A stretch of 64,000 nucleotides of DNA from Halobacteriovoraceae bacterium (GCA_963719505.1 CAVRCF010000001.1:896001-960000), one strand, 5' to 3'. Shown: positions 20,937 to 31,644, counted from the first letter of the stretch. Notes: generated by a model not told the origin, from the sequence alone. Numbers and translations: made by a program.

Positions 20937-21290
20937 TTGTTAACGATTTTTATATCAAGTTGTGCGACTTTAGAAATGGAGCCGACCGACTACTCAGGTG
21001 ATAACTCATTTTTAAAAAGTATTCTTGTCAGTGCAACTCCTAGGTTAAGAACTTGCTTTGAAGATTATTTGCAAGGTAATCCTAAAACACCAATCTCCTT
21101 TTCCACTCAAGTCATAGTCGATAATAGTGGACAGGTTGAGTCGGTCACTTTGAGTAGAACTTTTCCAAACAAGTTAGATAATTGCTTCAAATACTCCTTT
21201 TATCAATTAAAATTCCCACCCAACACTTCACCAGGTGCAAAGGGTTTTGAGATTAATCAACCTTATAAATTGTTTCCCGTCCCTAGATAG
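20937..21290 (+). CDS. Small lipoprotein with AgmX/PglI (TonB-C-like) domain
   Basis: ISSC lipobox, LRTCFE, VDNSGQV, C...LKFP, INQPYKL pattern. Confidence 0.6.
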   Translation: MLTIFISSCATLEMEPTDYSGDNSFLKSILVSATPRLRTCFEDYLQGNPKTPISFSTQVIVDNSGQVESVTLSRTFPNKLDNCFKYSFYQLKFPPNTSPGAKGFEINQPYKLFPVPR

Positions 21291-21398
21291 GGAAGCTTAT
21301 TTGTCAGGTACTAAAGTAAGAAACAAATAGTTTTCAAACTAAATTCACCGTGACAGTATTAAACCTCGAACACTAGAAACCAAGGATAAGGTACTAAT

Positions 21399-22577
21399 AT
21401 GAAAAAATTATGGATGATTTGTGCTCTGGCACTTACGACCTCGGCATTTGCCAAAGACGTTTACGTCACAATCGGAACTGACGCAGTTCAATCTTCAACA
21501 AAAAGTTTCTCAAATATGAAAGCATTAGATCATTTTGATGGGATTTCTGTTTTAAAAATAGAGACTGATCAAATTGAAGAATTATCTCAGCTTATGCATG
21601 ATAAATTTCACAGATGTGGTGGTTTTATCGTTCACGACAGTAAGTCTGAAGCCCTTGAGGTTTTAAGTAACACAGCGGTGAGAAAATTTGCTAAAAATTC
21701 TATTAATATTGATTATTCAATTACTGAAGGTGCAACCACTACAGCAATGGTCAGTATGGTTAAAGAGTTCAATATCAGAGCGACAATTGAAAAGCTTTCT
21801 TCTTTTAACAATAGATATTATAAAGCTCAAACGGGGCTAGACTCTCAGGCTTGGCTTAAGGGTCAGTGGGAATCAATGTCTACTGGAAGAAGTGATGTAA
21901 AGGTTGAATACTTCAAGCATTCAAGTTTTCCTCAACCATCAGTCATAATGACTGTTGAAGGAACAGTAAAAGCTGATGAAATTGTTGTCATTGGTGGACA
22001 TGCAGACTCTATCGCCGGTTTTTGGGGAAGAGAAAGAGCTAGAGCGCCAGGGGCTGATGATAATGCTTCAGGGATTGCGACAGTGACTGAAACAATCAGA
22101 GTCTTAATGGAGACTGGTCATAAGCCACAAAGAACAATTAAATTTATGGCTTATGCTGCAGAAGAAGTTGGACTTTTAGGTTCTAAAGATATTGCGAATA
22201 GCTTTAAAAAAGATGGGAAAAATGTTGTTGGTGTTATGCAACTTGATATGACTAACCACCCAGGAACGGTTGGTAAAGATATTGTCTTTATGACTGATTA
22301 TACTAACCAAGCGCAAACAGAGTTCATGGGAAAATTAATTGATACTTATGTAAAAGTTCCTTGGGGATATTCTAAATGTGGATACGGATGTTCAGACCAT
22401 GCTTCTTGGCATAATGCTGGATACCCAGCGAGTATGCCATTTGAATCGACAATGCAAGATATCAACGGTAAGATTCACACAAAGAATGATACCATCGAGC
22501 AATCTGGTGGAGACGCTACTCACGCTGAGAAATTTGCAAAGCTTGCAGTTTCTTTCTTAGTGGAGCTAGGTAAATAA
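21399..22577 (+). CDS. Secreted M28 leucyl aminopeptidase (Vibrio LAP type)
   Basis: HRCGGF propeptide, GGHADS, APGADDNASG, AAEEVGL, QLDMT, CGYGCSDHASW. Confidence 0.95.
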   Translation: MKKLWMICALALTTSAFAKDVYVTIGTDAVQSSTKSFSNMKALDHFDGISVLKIETDQIEELSQLMHDKFHRCGGFIVHDSKSEALEVLSNTAVRKFAKNSINIDYSITEGATTTAMVSMVKEFNIRATIEKLSSFNNRYYKAQTGLDSQAWLKGQWESMSTGRSDVKVEYFKHSSFPQPSVIMTVEGTVKADEIVVIGGHADSIAGFWGRERARAPGADDNASGIATVTETIRVLMETGHKPQRTIKFMAYAAEEVGLLGSKDIANSFKKDGKNVVGVMQLDMTNHPGTVGKDIVFMTDYTNQAQTEFMGKLIDTYVKVPWGYSKCGYGCSDHASWHNAGYPASMPFESTMQDINGKIHTKNDTIEQSGGDATHAEKFAKLAVSFLVELGK

Positions 22578-22595
22578 TTAAAAAGAAGAGAGAAT

Positions 22596-25298
22596 TTGAA
22601 TTTAGAAAAATTTTTTGAAGAATTAAAAGTTGGCCTTCCTCTAACATACAAAGTGTTTCAAAAAACATCTTTGTCTGAAGAGGAGGGCCATCTTCGTTCT
22701 ACAGACGAAGCAAAAATAATATTAGAAACCATCAAGAAAATTTCTCTTAAAAGAGAAGAGTTTCTCAAGGCACAGCCAAGTCTTGAGTCGATCTATGAAA
22801 AAGATTATGGTCCAGTAAAAGACCATACAGATCGAGAGTCTATTCTTGAGATTTGTTTTCTTGATGACTATCTTTTTCCATCAACAGAAGCTTACCCCTT
22901 TAGTAGCGAGCAAGTTGTAACTGAAGAGCTTCTCGATAATTACGAGATATCTTTTTCTGAATGGATGAATGAAAAAATTGAAGGACATCTCAAAGCTCAA
23001 AATAAAATTCACCACGACTTTCATATAGACCTTAAACCATCAGAAATTGGATGTGGTTGTACAAAATGTAATGGTGATTTTAGAGCAAAAATTAGAGACT
23101 CTGTCTTTAAAGATCAGGTTGCTATTATCGACCAAAGTGAAGAGGCTCTTCATGATCTCATTTTAACTGAAAAGATTGTTTATATCGCAGACTATGTTCA
23201 GAAAATGAAAAAACGTCTGGATAAAAATTCTCATAAAGTTCGATACAAGTTGAAAAGAGGCTCTTTAAATAAACTCGATGCAGATGTTAAAGCTTATTTT
23301 AAATCTAAGTTTGGTTTTAACTCAGAGCTAGGATTGGTATATAAGGAGAGGCTGCTAACATTCTTTAATCAGGTTTTAGCTGAAAGAGAATTGATGGCAG
23401 ACCTTGTGTCTCCAGAAGAATACGAACGATTTTTTACTCAACTTGGTATTGGCATTTGGAAGGCACCAAATTTTCTTAAAAAAGAATTTGAAAAGCTAGT
23501 CAATGCTGTCATGACTTTCAAAAGAAAAGATATTTCAGGAACAATACTGAAAGACTACTTAGGACAGTTTTGGCTTCACTCAGTCGCGAGACATAAAACG
23601 AGAAAAATCGTTTATCATATGGGACCCACAAACTCTGGAAAAACCTATAATGCTATAGAGGCACTTTCGAAAGCCAAAGATGGTTGCTACTTAGCGCCTC
23701 TAAGACTTCTTGCCAGTGAGCTTTATGACACCCTTAATGAAAAAGGTTGTAAGACTACTTTGTTAACCGGAGAAGAGGTTATTGAGACAGAAGGGGCAAC
23801 CCACTTTTCTTCAACTATCGAAATGGCCAGGCTGAACGAAGAATTTGACTGTGCTGTTATTGATGAAATTCAAATGATTACTGACACTCAAAGAGGTTGG
23901 GCTTGGACAAGGGCCCTAGTTAATCTCAATGCAAATGAAGTTCATCTATGCGGAGATCAATCAGTTTTAGAACTCGTTGAGAAAATACTTAAGCTTACGG
24001 GTGATGAGCTTGTCGTTCATAATTATGAGAGAAAAACAGAACTTAGTGTTATGAATAAAACGATTAGACTCGTTGACCTTGAGAAGAATGATGCTCTCAT
24101 TGTTTTTTCAAGAAGAAATGCACTTAAGTATAAGAGAGATCTTGAAAACTTAGGTTTCAAGGTTTCTATCGTCTACGGAAGACTTAGTCCTGAGGTTCGA
24201 CGAGAGCAGGCGAGAAAATTTGACCAAGGTGAAACCGACATTATGGTCTCTACCGATGCCATCGCTATGGGGATGAACCTTCCAGTTAAGAGGATTGTTT
24301 TCTCTACACTTTCAAAGTTTTTTAATTCAAAGGAACATCCGATCACCGTCAGTGAAATTAAACAAATTGCTGGTCGGGCGGGACGCTTTCAAAGATTTCC
24401 AGAAGGTTTTACAACCACTTTAGCAAAAGTGGAAGACGGACTTGATCGTTTAAATGAAGCTCTTGATTGCAAACTTGATCAAAAAGAGCTAGCAATGGTT
24501 GGGCCAGACCTTGATATTTTTAGATCAGTTAATGAAGCCCTTGAAGAGAGTAGTTTACCAACGCTAAGTTTGACTGAGTTTTTAAGACTTTTTAACACGA
24601 TGACATTTGAAAAACCTTTTTACTGTGTCGACATGAAAGAGATGATCGAAGTTGCAGAGATGGTTGAGTCCAATGATGAAGATGGCGTCCTCAGCGATTC
24701 CGAAATTTTTGGTTTTGCTTGTGCCCCAGTTAACTTAGGCCTAACAGATCATGTTCAGTATTTTGTATGGATCCTGAGCCACTATGTCAGTGCACAGTCC
24801 ATTGTGAATGAACCTATTGATCATGACTCTGACGATATTGACTACCTTGAGACGGCCATAAAGTGTGTCGAGCTCTACCAGTGGTTGGCGCGACATTTTG
24901 ATAATAACCATTTTGCATTTTCTGAAGTAGACCTTTTAGAAAATAAATCTATGGCCATTGAGTCTTTAAACTCACTGTTATCAGAGAAAATTTCAGCAAA
25001 ATGTTCATCATGTGGATGTAAACTTCCAGATTCTCATAACTATAATATTTGTGAAAACTGTTTTGGCCAAAGACGTCGAAGACGTGGACCTAAACATTAT
25101 GATGCAAAAGGGAATAAAGAGGGAGCCTCTAGCGGAGGAGGAACCTCTCATAGACGTGGCAAGAGTTCTAAGAAGAGTGGTTCAAAATCCGGTTCTTCTA
25201 ATGCTTCTGATTCTCGATTTTCTAGCGCAAGACCAGCTAAAAAGTCTGGTAAAAAGAAAAGTAAAAAGAATAAAGCTGATGCTTTTAAAAGAGGCTAG
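22596..25298 (+). CDS. SUV3-like SF2 helicase with N-terminal extension and basic tail
   Basis: GPTNSGKT, APLRLLA, DEIQ, RGWAWTRAL, TDAIAMGMN, QIAGRAGR; C-terminal CxxC..CxxC and Lys/Ser-rich tail. Confidence 0.92.
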   Translation: MNLEKFFEELKVGLPLTYKVFQKTSLSEEEGHLRSTDEAKIILETIKKISLKREEFLKAQPSLESIYEKDYGPVKDHTDRESILEICFLDDYLFPSTEAYPFSSEQVVTEELLDNYEISFSEWMNEKIEGHLKAQNKIHHDFHIDLKPSEIGCGCTKCNGDFRAKIRDSVFKDQVAIIDQSEEALHDLILTEKIVYIADYVQKMKKRLDKNSHKVRYKLKRGSLNKLDADVKAYFKSKFGFNSELGLVYKERLLTFFNQVLAERELMADLVSPEEYERFFTQLGIGIWKAPNFLKKEFEKLVNAVMTFKRKDISGTILKDYLGQFWLHSVARHKTRKIVYHMGPTNSGKTYNAIEALSKAKDGCYLAPLRLLASELYDTLNEKGCKTTLLTGEEVIETEGATHFSSTIEMARLNEEFDCAVIDEIQMITDTQRGWAWTRALVNLNANEVHLCGDQSVLELVEKILKLTGDELVVHNYERKTELSVMNKTIRLVDLEKNDALIVFSRRNALKYKRDLENLGFKVSIVYGRLSPEVRREQARKFDQGETDIMVSTDAIAMGMNLPVKRIVFSTLSKFFNSKEHPITVSEIKQIAGRAGRFQRFPEGFTTTLAKVEDGLDRLNEALDCKLDQKELAMVGPDLDIFRSVNEALEESSLPTLSLTEFLRLFNTMTFEKPFYCVDMKEMIEVAEMVESNDEDGVLSDSEIFGFACAPVNLGLTDHVQYFVWILSHYVSAQSIVNEPIDHDSDDIDYLETAIKCVELYQWLARHFDNNHFAFSEVDLLENKSMAIESLNSLLSEKISAKCSSCGCKLPDSHNYNICENCFGQRRRRRGPKHYDAKGNKEGASSGGGTSHRRGKSSKKSGSKSGSSNASDSRFSSARPAKKSGKKKSKKNKADAFKRG

Positions 25299-26878
25299 TT
25301 GATAGCCTTAAATTTAGCAGCACAACTTCTATAGACAATTGAACTAAACGAGTACTTATTTTTTATTTTATTAAAATAAGCTTTCGTAAAGACTTGCTTC
25401 ATCTTCTCTTTTGTAAGCCAACCATTAACATTACCATAATAGATGGCACCACCAATTCCAGTTGCGATAAGAATCGGTCTGGCCATTGGGATTCCCATCA
25501 GCTCCAATCCTACGCCGGTGACAGAGAAAAAAGAAAGCATTGAAGCTCTTGAGCGAGCCCAATTTTCAATTCTTTTCAAAGCTTTGTGCGAATTCTTACC
25601 AATGATATGTTCCGAACCAGGGGTCTTTAATTTCTTAATTTCTGCGATGAGTGCATCTTTATTTTCGACTGCCACTTTACCCAGTGTTACTGCCTCAAGA
25701 AGTTCATCGACCTTTTGAAGTTTTCTTTTTTGAATAGCGATGTCGCCTGGACCTTGGGCAAGCATTCCAAACGTACTTCCTGTTAAAATATCTGCCGCAG
25801 CACCGGCAAAGCTAGTAGCGCCACCTATACCGGCAACAGCTTGTGGGATCTTTAAGGCAAAGGTTGTAAAAGCCACTTCTGTGGCAAACCATTTTACGTA
25901 TTCATCTGCCATTGTGAGCTTTTTGGCAATTGCTGCAATTCGATTTGTTTTGTTCTCAACAATATCAGTCGTTACTTTTCTCACTTTTTGCTCAAACAGC
26001 TCTGGATCATTGAGATAGAGGTCAGGTCTTGCTTTGGCAAAAAACTTTTTATTATTAAGAAGATGCTTTTCAAAGTTTGGAACATTGAGCCCCATTGCTC
26101 CTCTTAAAATTTTGGCAAATTTTTTATCAGACTCTAGAACCCACTTAGACCAGCTTCCATTGGTAATGAATTTTCCATATGACCCGTTAAAGTATGTTAT
26201 GGCCCCACTTGCAGCGCCAGGCCAAAAGGCCACACTTGCGGCAATTCCTGGAGCGACCCCCTCGACTAGGGTTAAGGCTGCAAATGTTGGTATGGCCCCG
26301 ATTGTGAAGCGGGTGAATGTCCAAAACTTCTGACCAGGAGAGAAAGCATTAGGTTCTCTTGTGTTATAGGAATCAGAATTAAAGAAAACTGTTTGGGGAA
26401 TAGATTCAAATTTCTTTGTTGATTTCTCTAGCTTCAAAGTCTTTATGATTTCTTCTAATACTTTTGAATCATCTGTCTCTTTCGCAGAGATGCTAAGAAT
26501 TTCTGGATGAAAATTCCGATTAGATTTTCTCTCATCTTCGACCATCTCAGCAAGGTATTGAAGTCGTTGTTGGGCTTCTGGACTTTCGTCGTAGCTTCCA
26601 AAGTAGTATTCAATAACTACTGGGTTTGTTGCATCTTGGTTCTCCTCATACTGAGGGGTGGTATACAAATAACCAATATCGTCAGGTCTCAAAGAGTCTT
26701 GCTGATCGGGAGAAACATCAAGAAACGCATTCAGGTTTATGTAGCCTTCGCTTGCTAGAGGAGAGTTTGAAACAAAAATGAGGGTTAAAAGGCATATTAT
26801 TCTTATCATGTACTCGTATCGGCTTGATATCAGGCTTCCTTTAGGACAAATTACTTGGATTTTGAGTCGATTGGACAT
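25295..26878 (-). CDS. Hypothetical membrane protein
   Basis: Long ORF with a signal-like segment and several Gly/Ala-rich hydrophobic helices. Confidence 0.75.
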   Translation of the reverse strand: MSNRLKIQVICPKGSLISSRYEYMIRIICLLTLIFVSNSPLASEGYINLNAFLDVSPDQQDSLRPDDIGYLYTTPQYEENQDATNPVVIEYYFGSYDESPEAQQRLQYLAEMVEDERKSNRNFHPEILSISAKETDDSKVLEEIIKTLKLEKSTKKFESIPQTVFFNSDSYNTREPNAFSPGQKFWTFTRFTIGAIPTFAALTLVEGVAPGIAASVAFWPGAASGAITYFNGSYGKFITNGSWSKWVLESDKKFAKILRGAMGLNVPNFEKHLLNNKKFFAKARPDLYLNDPELFEQKVRKVTTDIVENKTNRIAAIAKKLTMADEYVKWFATEVAFTTFALKIPQAVAGIGGATSFAGAAADILTGSTFGMLAQGPGDIAIQKRKLQKVDELLEAVTLGKVAVENKDALIAEIKKLKTPGSEHIIGKNSHKALKRIENWARSRASMLSFFSVTGVGLELMGIPMARPILIATGIGGAIYYGNVNGWLTKEKMKQVFTKAYFNKIKNKYSFSSIVYRSCAAKFKAIN

Positions 26879-26889
26879 ATATTTTTCTT

Positions 26890-27699
26890 ATGAAACTCAG
26901 TGAATTTACAGACAAAATTTTAAATGGAGGTGAACTCTCTGATAAGCTTTATTATCCGAAGCAAATAGAGTTTGATCAGTCCCCACAAAAGAGAATCTTA
27001 AGCCCAAAACGAGAGGGGAAGATAGAGTTTTCAGATAAACAAGCAAAATTTCCAAAAGGTCATTTTCACGAAAAAAAACGAACGGCGATGGCGCTTAATG
27101 CTTTTGCTAATCACGAACTTCTGGCCGTTGAGATCATGGCTTATGCTTTAAGTATTTTCGATCATAATACACCAGAACTTGTACGCTTTAAAAAAGGAAT
27201 CCTTTCAGCGTTAAAAGATGAACAAAAACATTTTAAGCTATACGCCAATAGAATGAAACAACTAGGATATGAGTTTGGGGACTTTCCTTTAAATGACTTT
27301 TTTTGGAATCATATGAAAGATATGAAAACACCAGAAGAATACCTTTCGATGATGGCCATGACCTTTGAGGCCGCGAACTTAGATTTTTCTTTTCACTATG
27401 AGAAAATTTTTAGAGATCTAGGTGATGAGAAAACAGCAGATATTTTAAAAGTGGTTTATGAAGATGAAATAAGTCATGTGGGCTTTGGTGTGAACTATCT
27501 AAACCGATGGAAAGAAGATCAGTCTCTTTGGGATTATTATAAAAGTTGTCTTCCATTTCCTCTTACACCTGCCAGAGCAAGAGGAAAGAGCTTTGATAGA
27601 GAAAGTCGTGTTAAAGCCAAGATGGATGATCACTTTATTTCACATCTTTTAAACTATAAAGATGACTACAAAGTTACGGCCAGAAAAGAGTGGAAATGA
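26890..27699 (+). CDS. DUF455 ferritin-like di-iron protein
   Basis: FANHELLA.E, DEQKH, FEAANLDF, DEISHV motifs. Confidence 0.88.
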   Translation: MKLSEFTDKILNGGELSDKLYYPKQIEFDQSPQKRILSPKREGKIEFSDKQAKFPKGHFHEKKRTAMALNAFANHELLAVEIMAYALSIFDHNTPELVRFKKGILSALKDEQKHFKLYANRMKQLGYEFGDFPLNDFFWNHMKDMKTPEEYLSMMAMTFEAANLDFSFHYEKIFRDLGDEKTADILKVVYEDEISHVGFGVNYLNRWKEDQSLWDYYKSCLPFPLTPARARGKSFDRESRVKAKMDDHFISHLLNYKDDYKVTARKEWK

Positions 27700-28682
27700 G
27701 TTTTGCTTTTAATGTAGACTTTGAAGACTTTTTAAAAAGTGATAAAGAAAACTATAAGTATACTTCGTCCAAGCAAACCCAAGAGTTTGAGTATTTTATC
27801 CTTTGGCTGGAGAGTTCTCCCCTTTATACAACGAAAAGTTATCATCCTGAATATCTCAACTTTATTAAAAAGTTTAATCCTTTTCAATTAACGAGTTCAA
27901 ACGCGAATCTTAAAATGTGGATTTGTGACATCTACGATAAAGAGGAGCAAAAAAAACTAAACTCGAAAATGGCGACGAGCTCTTTTGCTATTGAAAATAA
28001 GCTTGCCCACCCAAAGACCACAATTGAGTTGGAAAAGTCTCACTTTGAACAAGGGTATATTTACAAAGAAGAGTTCGGAGTAAGTGGGGTCGGTATCTCA
28101 AAGTCGAGTCCCTCGTATGAAAGACTAGAGTTTCCAGTGGTGAAAGAACCTCTGTTAAACAGAACCTTTGACTTTAGTGCTCTTTTTTATGGAGATAAAA
28201 CTTTAATTTATCAAAACCATATCGATGACTCCTTTCACTATAAAGGCACCACCTTAGGATTGAACTTTGAATACTTTGACTGGATTGAAGAATACAAGGT
28301 TAAGATTCAACTGATTAAAGATCAATTCTACACAGGGCACAACCCCATGAGCATTGATTCTTTTATTTATGAAGAAGATGGAAAAGAGCAGGTCTATATA
28401 TTGAGCGAAGTCAATAATAGAAAAACGATGGGATATTGCGCTTTGATGTTAAAGGATAAACTTGGAGGAGATTATCGATATGCGAGACTTCGGCTTTTTA
28501 ACTCGAAAAAATTGAGAAAAAAATTCTCTCATAATGATCTCTATAACTATTTTGATAAAAAAATAATTCCACTATCTCCAATCGATAATTTATTTGTGAC
28601 ATTTTTGATCTTAGAAGACTCTTTAGGGGAACTTAACGAATTAGAGGATCTACTGGTTTCGACTTTTTTTAAAGATCTCTAG
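27690..28682 (+). CDS. Hypothetical protein, degenerate ATP-grasp-like
   Basis: K..FGVSGVG, VKEP, DFS, SIDSF, EVNNRKTMG; overlaps the DUF455 gene stop. Confidence 0.55.
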   Translation: MEMSFAFNVDFEDFLKSDKENYKYTSSKQTQEFEYFILWLESSPLYTTKSYHPEYLNFIKKFNPFQLTSSNANLKMWICDIYDKEEQKKLNSKMATSSFAIENKLAHPKTTIELEKSHFEQGYIYKEEFGVSGVGISKSSPSYERLEFPVVKEPLLNRTFDFSALFYGDKTLIYQNHIDDSFHYKGTTLGLNFEYFDWIEEYKVKIQLIKDQFYTGHNPMSIDSFIYEEDGKEQVYILSEVNNRKTMGYCALMLKDKLGGDYRYARLRLFNSKKLRKKFSHNDLYNYFDKKIIPLSPIDNLFVTFLILEDSLGELNELEDLLVSTFFKDL

Positions 28683-29306
28683 AATGATTTTACCGGCTTC
28701 CTCACAGCTTGAGCCATAGGCGATAATACCGTCTTGATGACCTTTCATAACAAAGATGCCAGAAGTCTTTTCACCAATACATTTGGAAGCTTCCTCTCCC
28801 ATACTCTCAGTTCCATAGGAAACTTTCTCGCTTGTCGCGTCCATGTCGTGTTTGATCATATAGTTCCAAAGAATAGGGTCGTGAATATGGAAGATAGAAT
28901 TAATTTGGGAACAACTTGAATAAATAGCGTGATGGGTAAGTGTTTCACTTGAAGGGGCAATAGGCCCTTTGGCTTCAACACTCATTTTCTTTAGGTTGCA
29001 TTTAAGGATATGAGTGTATTGACCACCAGAAAGATTTGGAAATTTTCCCGTTTGAGTGCCCGTGATAACAAACTGGTCACTTTTGGGATCTACTTTTTTC
29101 GATAGATTACCATAGCCAACCTTCTCAACTGGGTATTCACCAATTAAACCCATTTTAAAAAGAATCACTCGCCACTTCTCAAGATCAATATACTCGTTGG
29201 TCTCCAACGGCTTGGAGAGTTTTAAATTATATTTGAATTTTATGACACCTTCGTCGAGTGTTTTAGTCATGTATTGCCAATGAAATAAATTGCTTATAAA
29301 AAACAA
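28650..29306 (-). CDS. Class II aldolase/adducin family protein
   Basis: DEGVIKF, GYGNLS, PSSETLTH, HIH, GHQDG. Confidence 0.85.
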   Translation of the reverse strand: MFFISNLFHWQYMTKTLDEGVIKFKYNLKLSKPLETNEYIDLEKWRVILFKMGLIGEYPVEKVGYGNLSKKVDPKSDQFVITGTQTGKFPNLSGGQYTHILKCNLKKMSVEAKGPIAPSSETLTHHAIYSSCSQINSIFHIHDPILWNYMIKHDMDATSEKVSYGTESMGEEASKCIGEKTSGIFVMKGHQDGIIAYGSSCEEAGKIILEIFKKSRNQ

Positions 29307-29380
29307 GTATTTATAATATCATATAAGGATACAACGATAAAGTTAGTGGGGCGAGTATTTTAGGTAATCTAAAAGATAAA

Positions 29381-30898
29381 TTGAAGGATTTAACTAAAAA
29401 GTTTAAGAAATCCGATGATGGAGATATCGAAGAAGTTTTGGACGCAGAAGATGCGACCGGAGACATCGATATATCCGCTCTTGAGCAAGAGGTTACAAAA
29501 ACAGAATTTAGAACGCTGCCTGAAGCAGACATCGATACTGGCGTCCACAATAGTTTTGAATCAAGTTTAGAAGACCTTGAAGATGAAGAAGATTCAATTG
29601 ACCTAGAAGAAGAATTTCCAGAAGATGAGCAGTTTGATGATGAGCAGCTTGAAGATGAAATTGAAGAAGAACAAAGTCCCGTTTTAAAATTTCTACAGTC
29701 GCAATTGCCCTTTGTTTACAATCTGGTGAATAAAGCGAAAAGTTCTAAAGTCGATAAAAAGAAGGAAAAGAAATCTTCTAAAGATAAGAATGAGATCGAT
29801 GATGACGAACTCGATGATGATAATGCACCTCAAAGTTTTATTGAGAAGCAACTCCCATTTTTGGCCAAATTTACAAAGAAGAATAAAAAGACTGATCAGG
29901 AAAGTGATGAAGAGGATGAAGACCTTGAAGATGGTGAAGAAGTTCCCAAGAAAAAGCGAAAACTCAATGTTATTCAACTACTTATTATCATCGCTGTCGT
30001 TTTCGTGGGGCTCGAATTTTTGTTTCCTGAAGAAGAGCCGGTTGCTATTCCTGTCCTAAAGAAAAGACCTCGGCCAGTGCCACAAGTTCAACAACCTGTT
30101 GAACCTGCGCCTGTACCTGCGCCTGAACCTGAACCAACAGCACCATCTGAAGTGGTAGACACTACAGATTCACCTAATCCTCAAGTTGATTCACCGGTAG
30201 AGAATATTCCAGTCGAAGAGCCAATGGTTGATCCCGTTGGGGAAACTATTGGGGAAGAACCTGTTGAGCCAGTGAGTGAAACAGTTGATACTCCTACGAA
30301 TACTGAAGAGGACTTAGGAGAGCTTTTTGATGAATCAAATCAGCCTGTGAGCGATGTTGATGACCCGCAAACAACTGATGAGGATGAGCCAGAAACAACA
30401 CCAGCTCCAGAGCCAGTAGAGTTGCCCGTTGTTGATGAAGATCCAAATTTTATTGACGATGAAGAAACAGATGTTCCAACAACTCCAAAGCCACTAGAGC
30501 AACCCAGCGATGATGAAATCTTCAACGATGGAATCATTGATGAAGTTGTCGATACTTCAGTGTCTCCTAATATAACGGATTCAATTTTAAAGAGTCTAGA
30601 AGAGAAGATAAATAGCAAGAAGGAAGCACAAGTTTTAGTGATTGCAGTCAAACCAACAAATCCTCCAGAGTATGACTTTTTAGGTCGAGGCTTGGTTTAT
30701 AATTGTACGGGTAAGCACTGGGCATGTATTGATTCAGTAAGTTTTACAAAGTGCGGAGAGAATTTTTCTTGGAATACAAAAAGCTCTAATGCTATTGAGT
30801 GTTATCCAAGTGAGTTATACGATAGCGTCGAAGATTGTACAGTGGTTCAGCAATTTAAAATTGATAATGTTGCTGAAACTAAATTCTGTGGACCTTAG
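29381..30898 (+). CDS. Bitopic acidic, Pro-rich membrane protein with C-terminal Cys domain
   Basis: Acidic N-terminus, one TM, P/E/D-rich stalk, GRGLVYNC..KHWAC domain. Confidence 0.75.
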   Translation: MKDLTKKFKKSDDGDIEEVLDAEDATGDIDISALEQEVTKTEFRTLPEADIDTGVHNSFESSLEDLEDEEDSIDLEEEFPEDEQFDDEQLEDEIEEEQSPVLKFLQSQLPFVYNLVNKAKSSKVDKKKEKKSSKDKNEIDDDELDDDNAPQSFIEKQLPFLAKFTKKNKKTDQESDEEDEDLEDGEEVPKKKRKLNVIQLLIIIAVVFVGLEFLFPEEEPVAIPVLKKRPRPVPQVQQPVEPAPVPAPEPEPTAPSEVVDTTDSPNPQVDSPVENIPVEEPMVDPVGETIGEEPVEPVSETVDTPTNTEEDLGELFDESNQPVSDVDDPQTTDEDEPETTPAPEPVELPVVDEDPNFIDDEETDVPTTPKPLEQPSDDEIFNDGIIDEVVDTSVSPNITDSILKSLEEKINSKKEAQVLVIAVKPTNPPEYDFLGRGLVYNCTGKHWACIDSVSFTKCGENFSWNTKSSNAIECYPSELYDSVEDCTVVQQFKIDNVAETKFCGP

Positions 30899-31644
30899 GC
30901 AGCGTCTTTGTCATACATCTCATTCATAAGTGGAATAAAGAATTGGTTTTCACCTTTTGCTTTTTCTTTTTTCATGCCACTGATGAAATGTTTAACTAGT
31001 CCTGGATCAAATTGAGACCCTGAGAATTCAATGAGTTCATTGAAGGCAACTTCATAAGGAAGACCTTTTCTATAGACTCTTGTCGATGTCATCGCATCAA
31101 AAGTGTCAGCGATTAAAATAATTCGTGCAAACATAGGGATATCTTCACCTTTAAGTTGGTCAGGGTATCCTCTTCCGTCATATCTTTCGTGATGGTGTTT
31201 TGCATTTCTCGCAACTTTTTCAAAAACGTCAAAGTCCTTGAGTATTTCATAAGACATTGAAGGGTGTTGTTTCATTATATCGAATTCGTGATCTTCAAGT
31301 CTTGATGGTTTGTTTAAAACAGCATCAGGAGTTCCAATTTTTCCGATGTCATGAAAAAGAGCGGAAAGTTGAAGGTCGTACATTTCCACATCAGATAGAC
31401 CTAGTTGCTTTCCAACAACCATAGAGAAGTAAGTTACGCGCATACTATGACCATAGGTATAGCTATCCTTGGCATCGAGTGCTTTTAAGATAGTTCTTGC
31501 GGCCATCTCACAAACTTTTTGTTTCTCAGTTTTAAGTTCCTCGATACGTATTGCCATATTAACAATTGATGCCGCAGGAGTGCTTTTTTGAAACTTCAAA
31601 AGGTTGTCTTTCTTTTTAACTTTTCCCATCGCTTTCTCTCTCAT
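30895..31644 (-). CDS. HD-GYP cyclic dinucleotide phosphodiesterase
   Basis: YTYGHS.RV, HDIGK, HHERYDGRGYP, ADTFDAMTS.R.Y, GSQFDP. Confidence 0.95.
   Translation of the reverse strand: MREKAMGKVKKKDNLLKFQKSTPAASIVNMAIRIEELKTEKQKVCEMAARTILKALDAKDSYTYGHSMRVTYFSMVVGKQLGLSDVEMYDLQLSALFHDIGKIGTPDAVLNKPSRLEDHEFDIMKQHPSMSYEILKDFDVFEKVARNAKHHHERYDGRGYPDQLKGEDIPMFARIILIADTFDAMTSTRVYRKGLPYEVAFNELIEFSGSQFDPGLVKHFISGMKKEKAKGENQFFIPLMNEMYDKDAA

Noticed and set aside
30095-30140. Short tandem CCTGCGCCTG repeats
   Set aside because: They encode the PAPVPAPEPEP linker within a CDS
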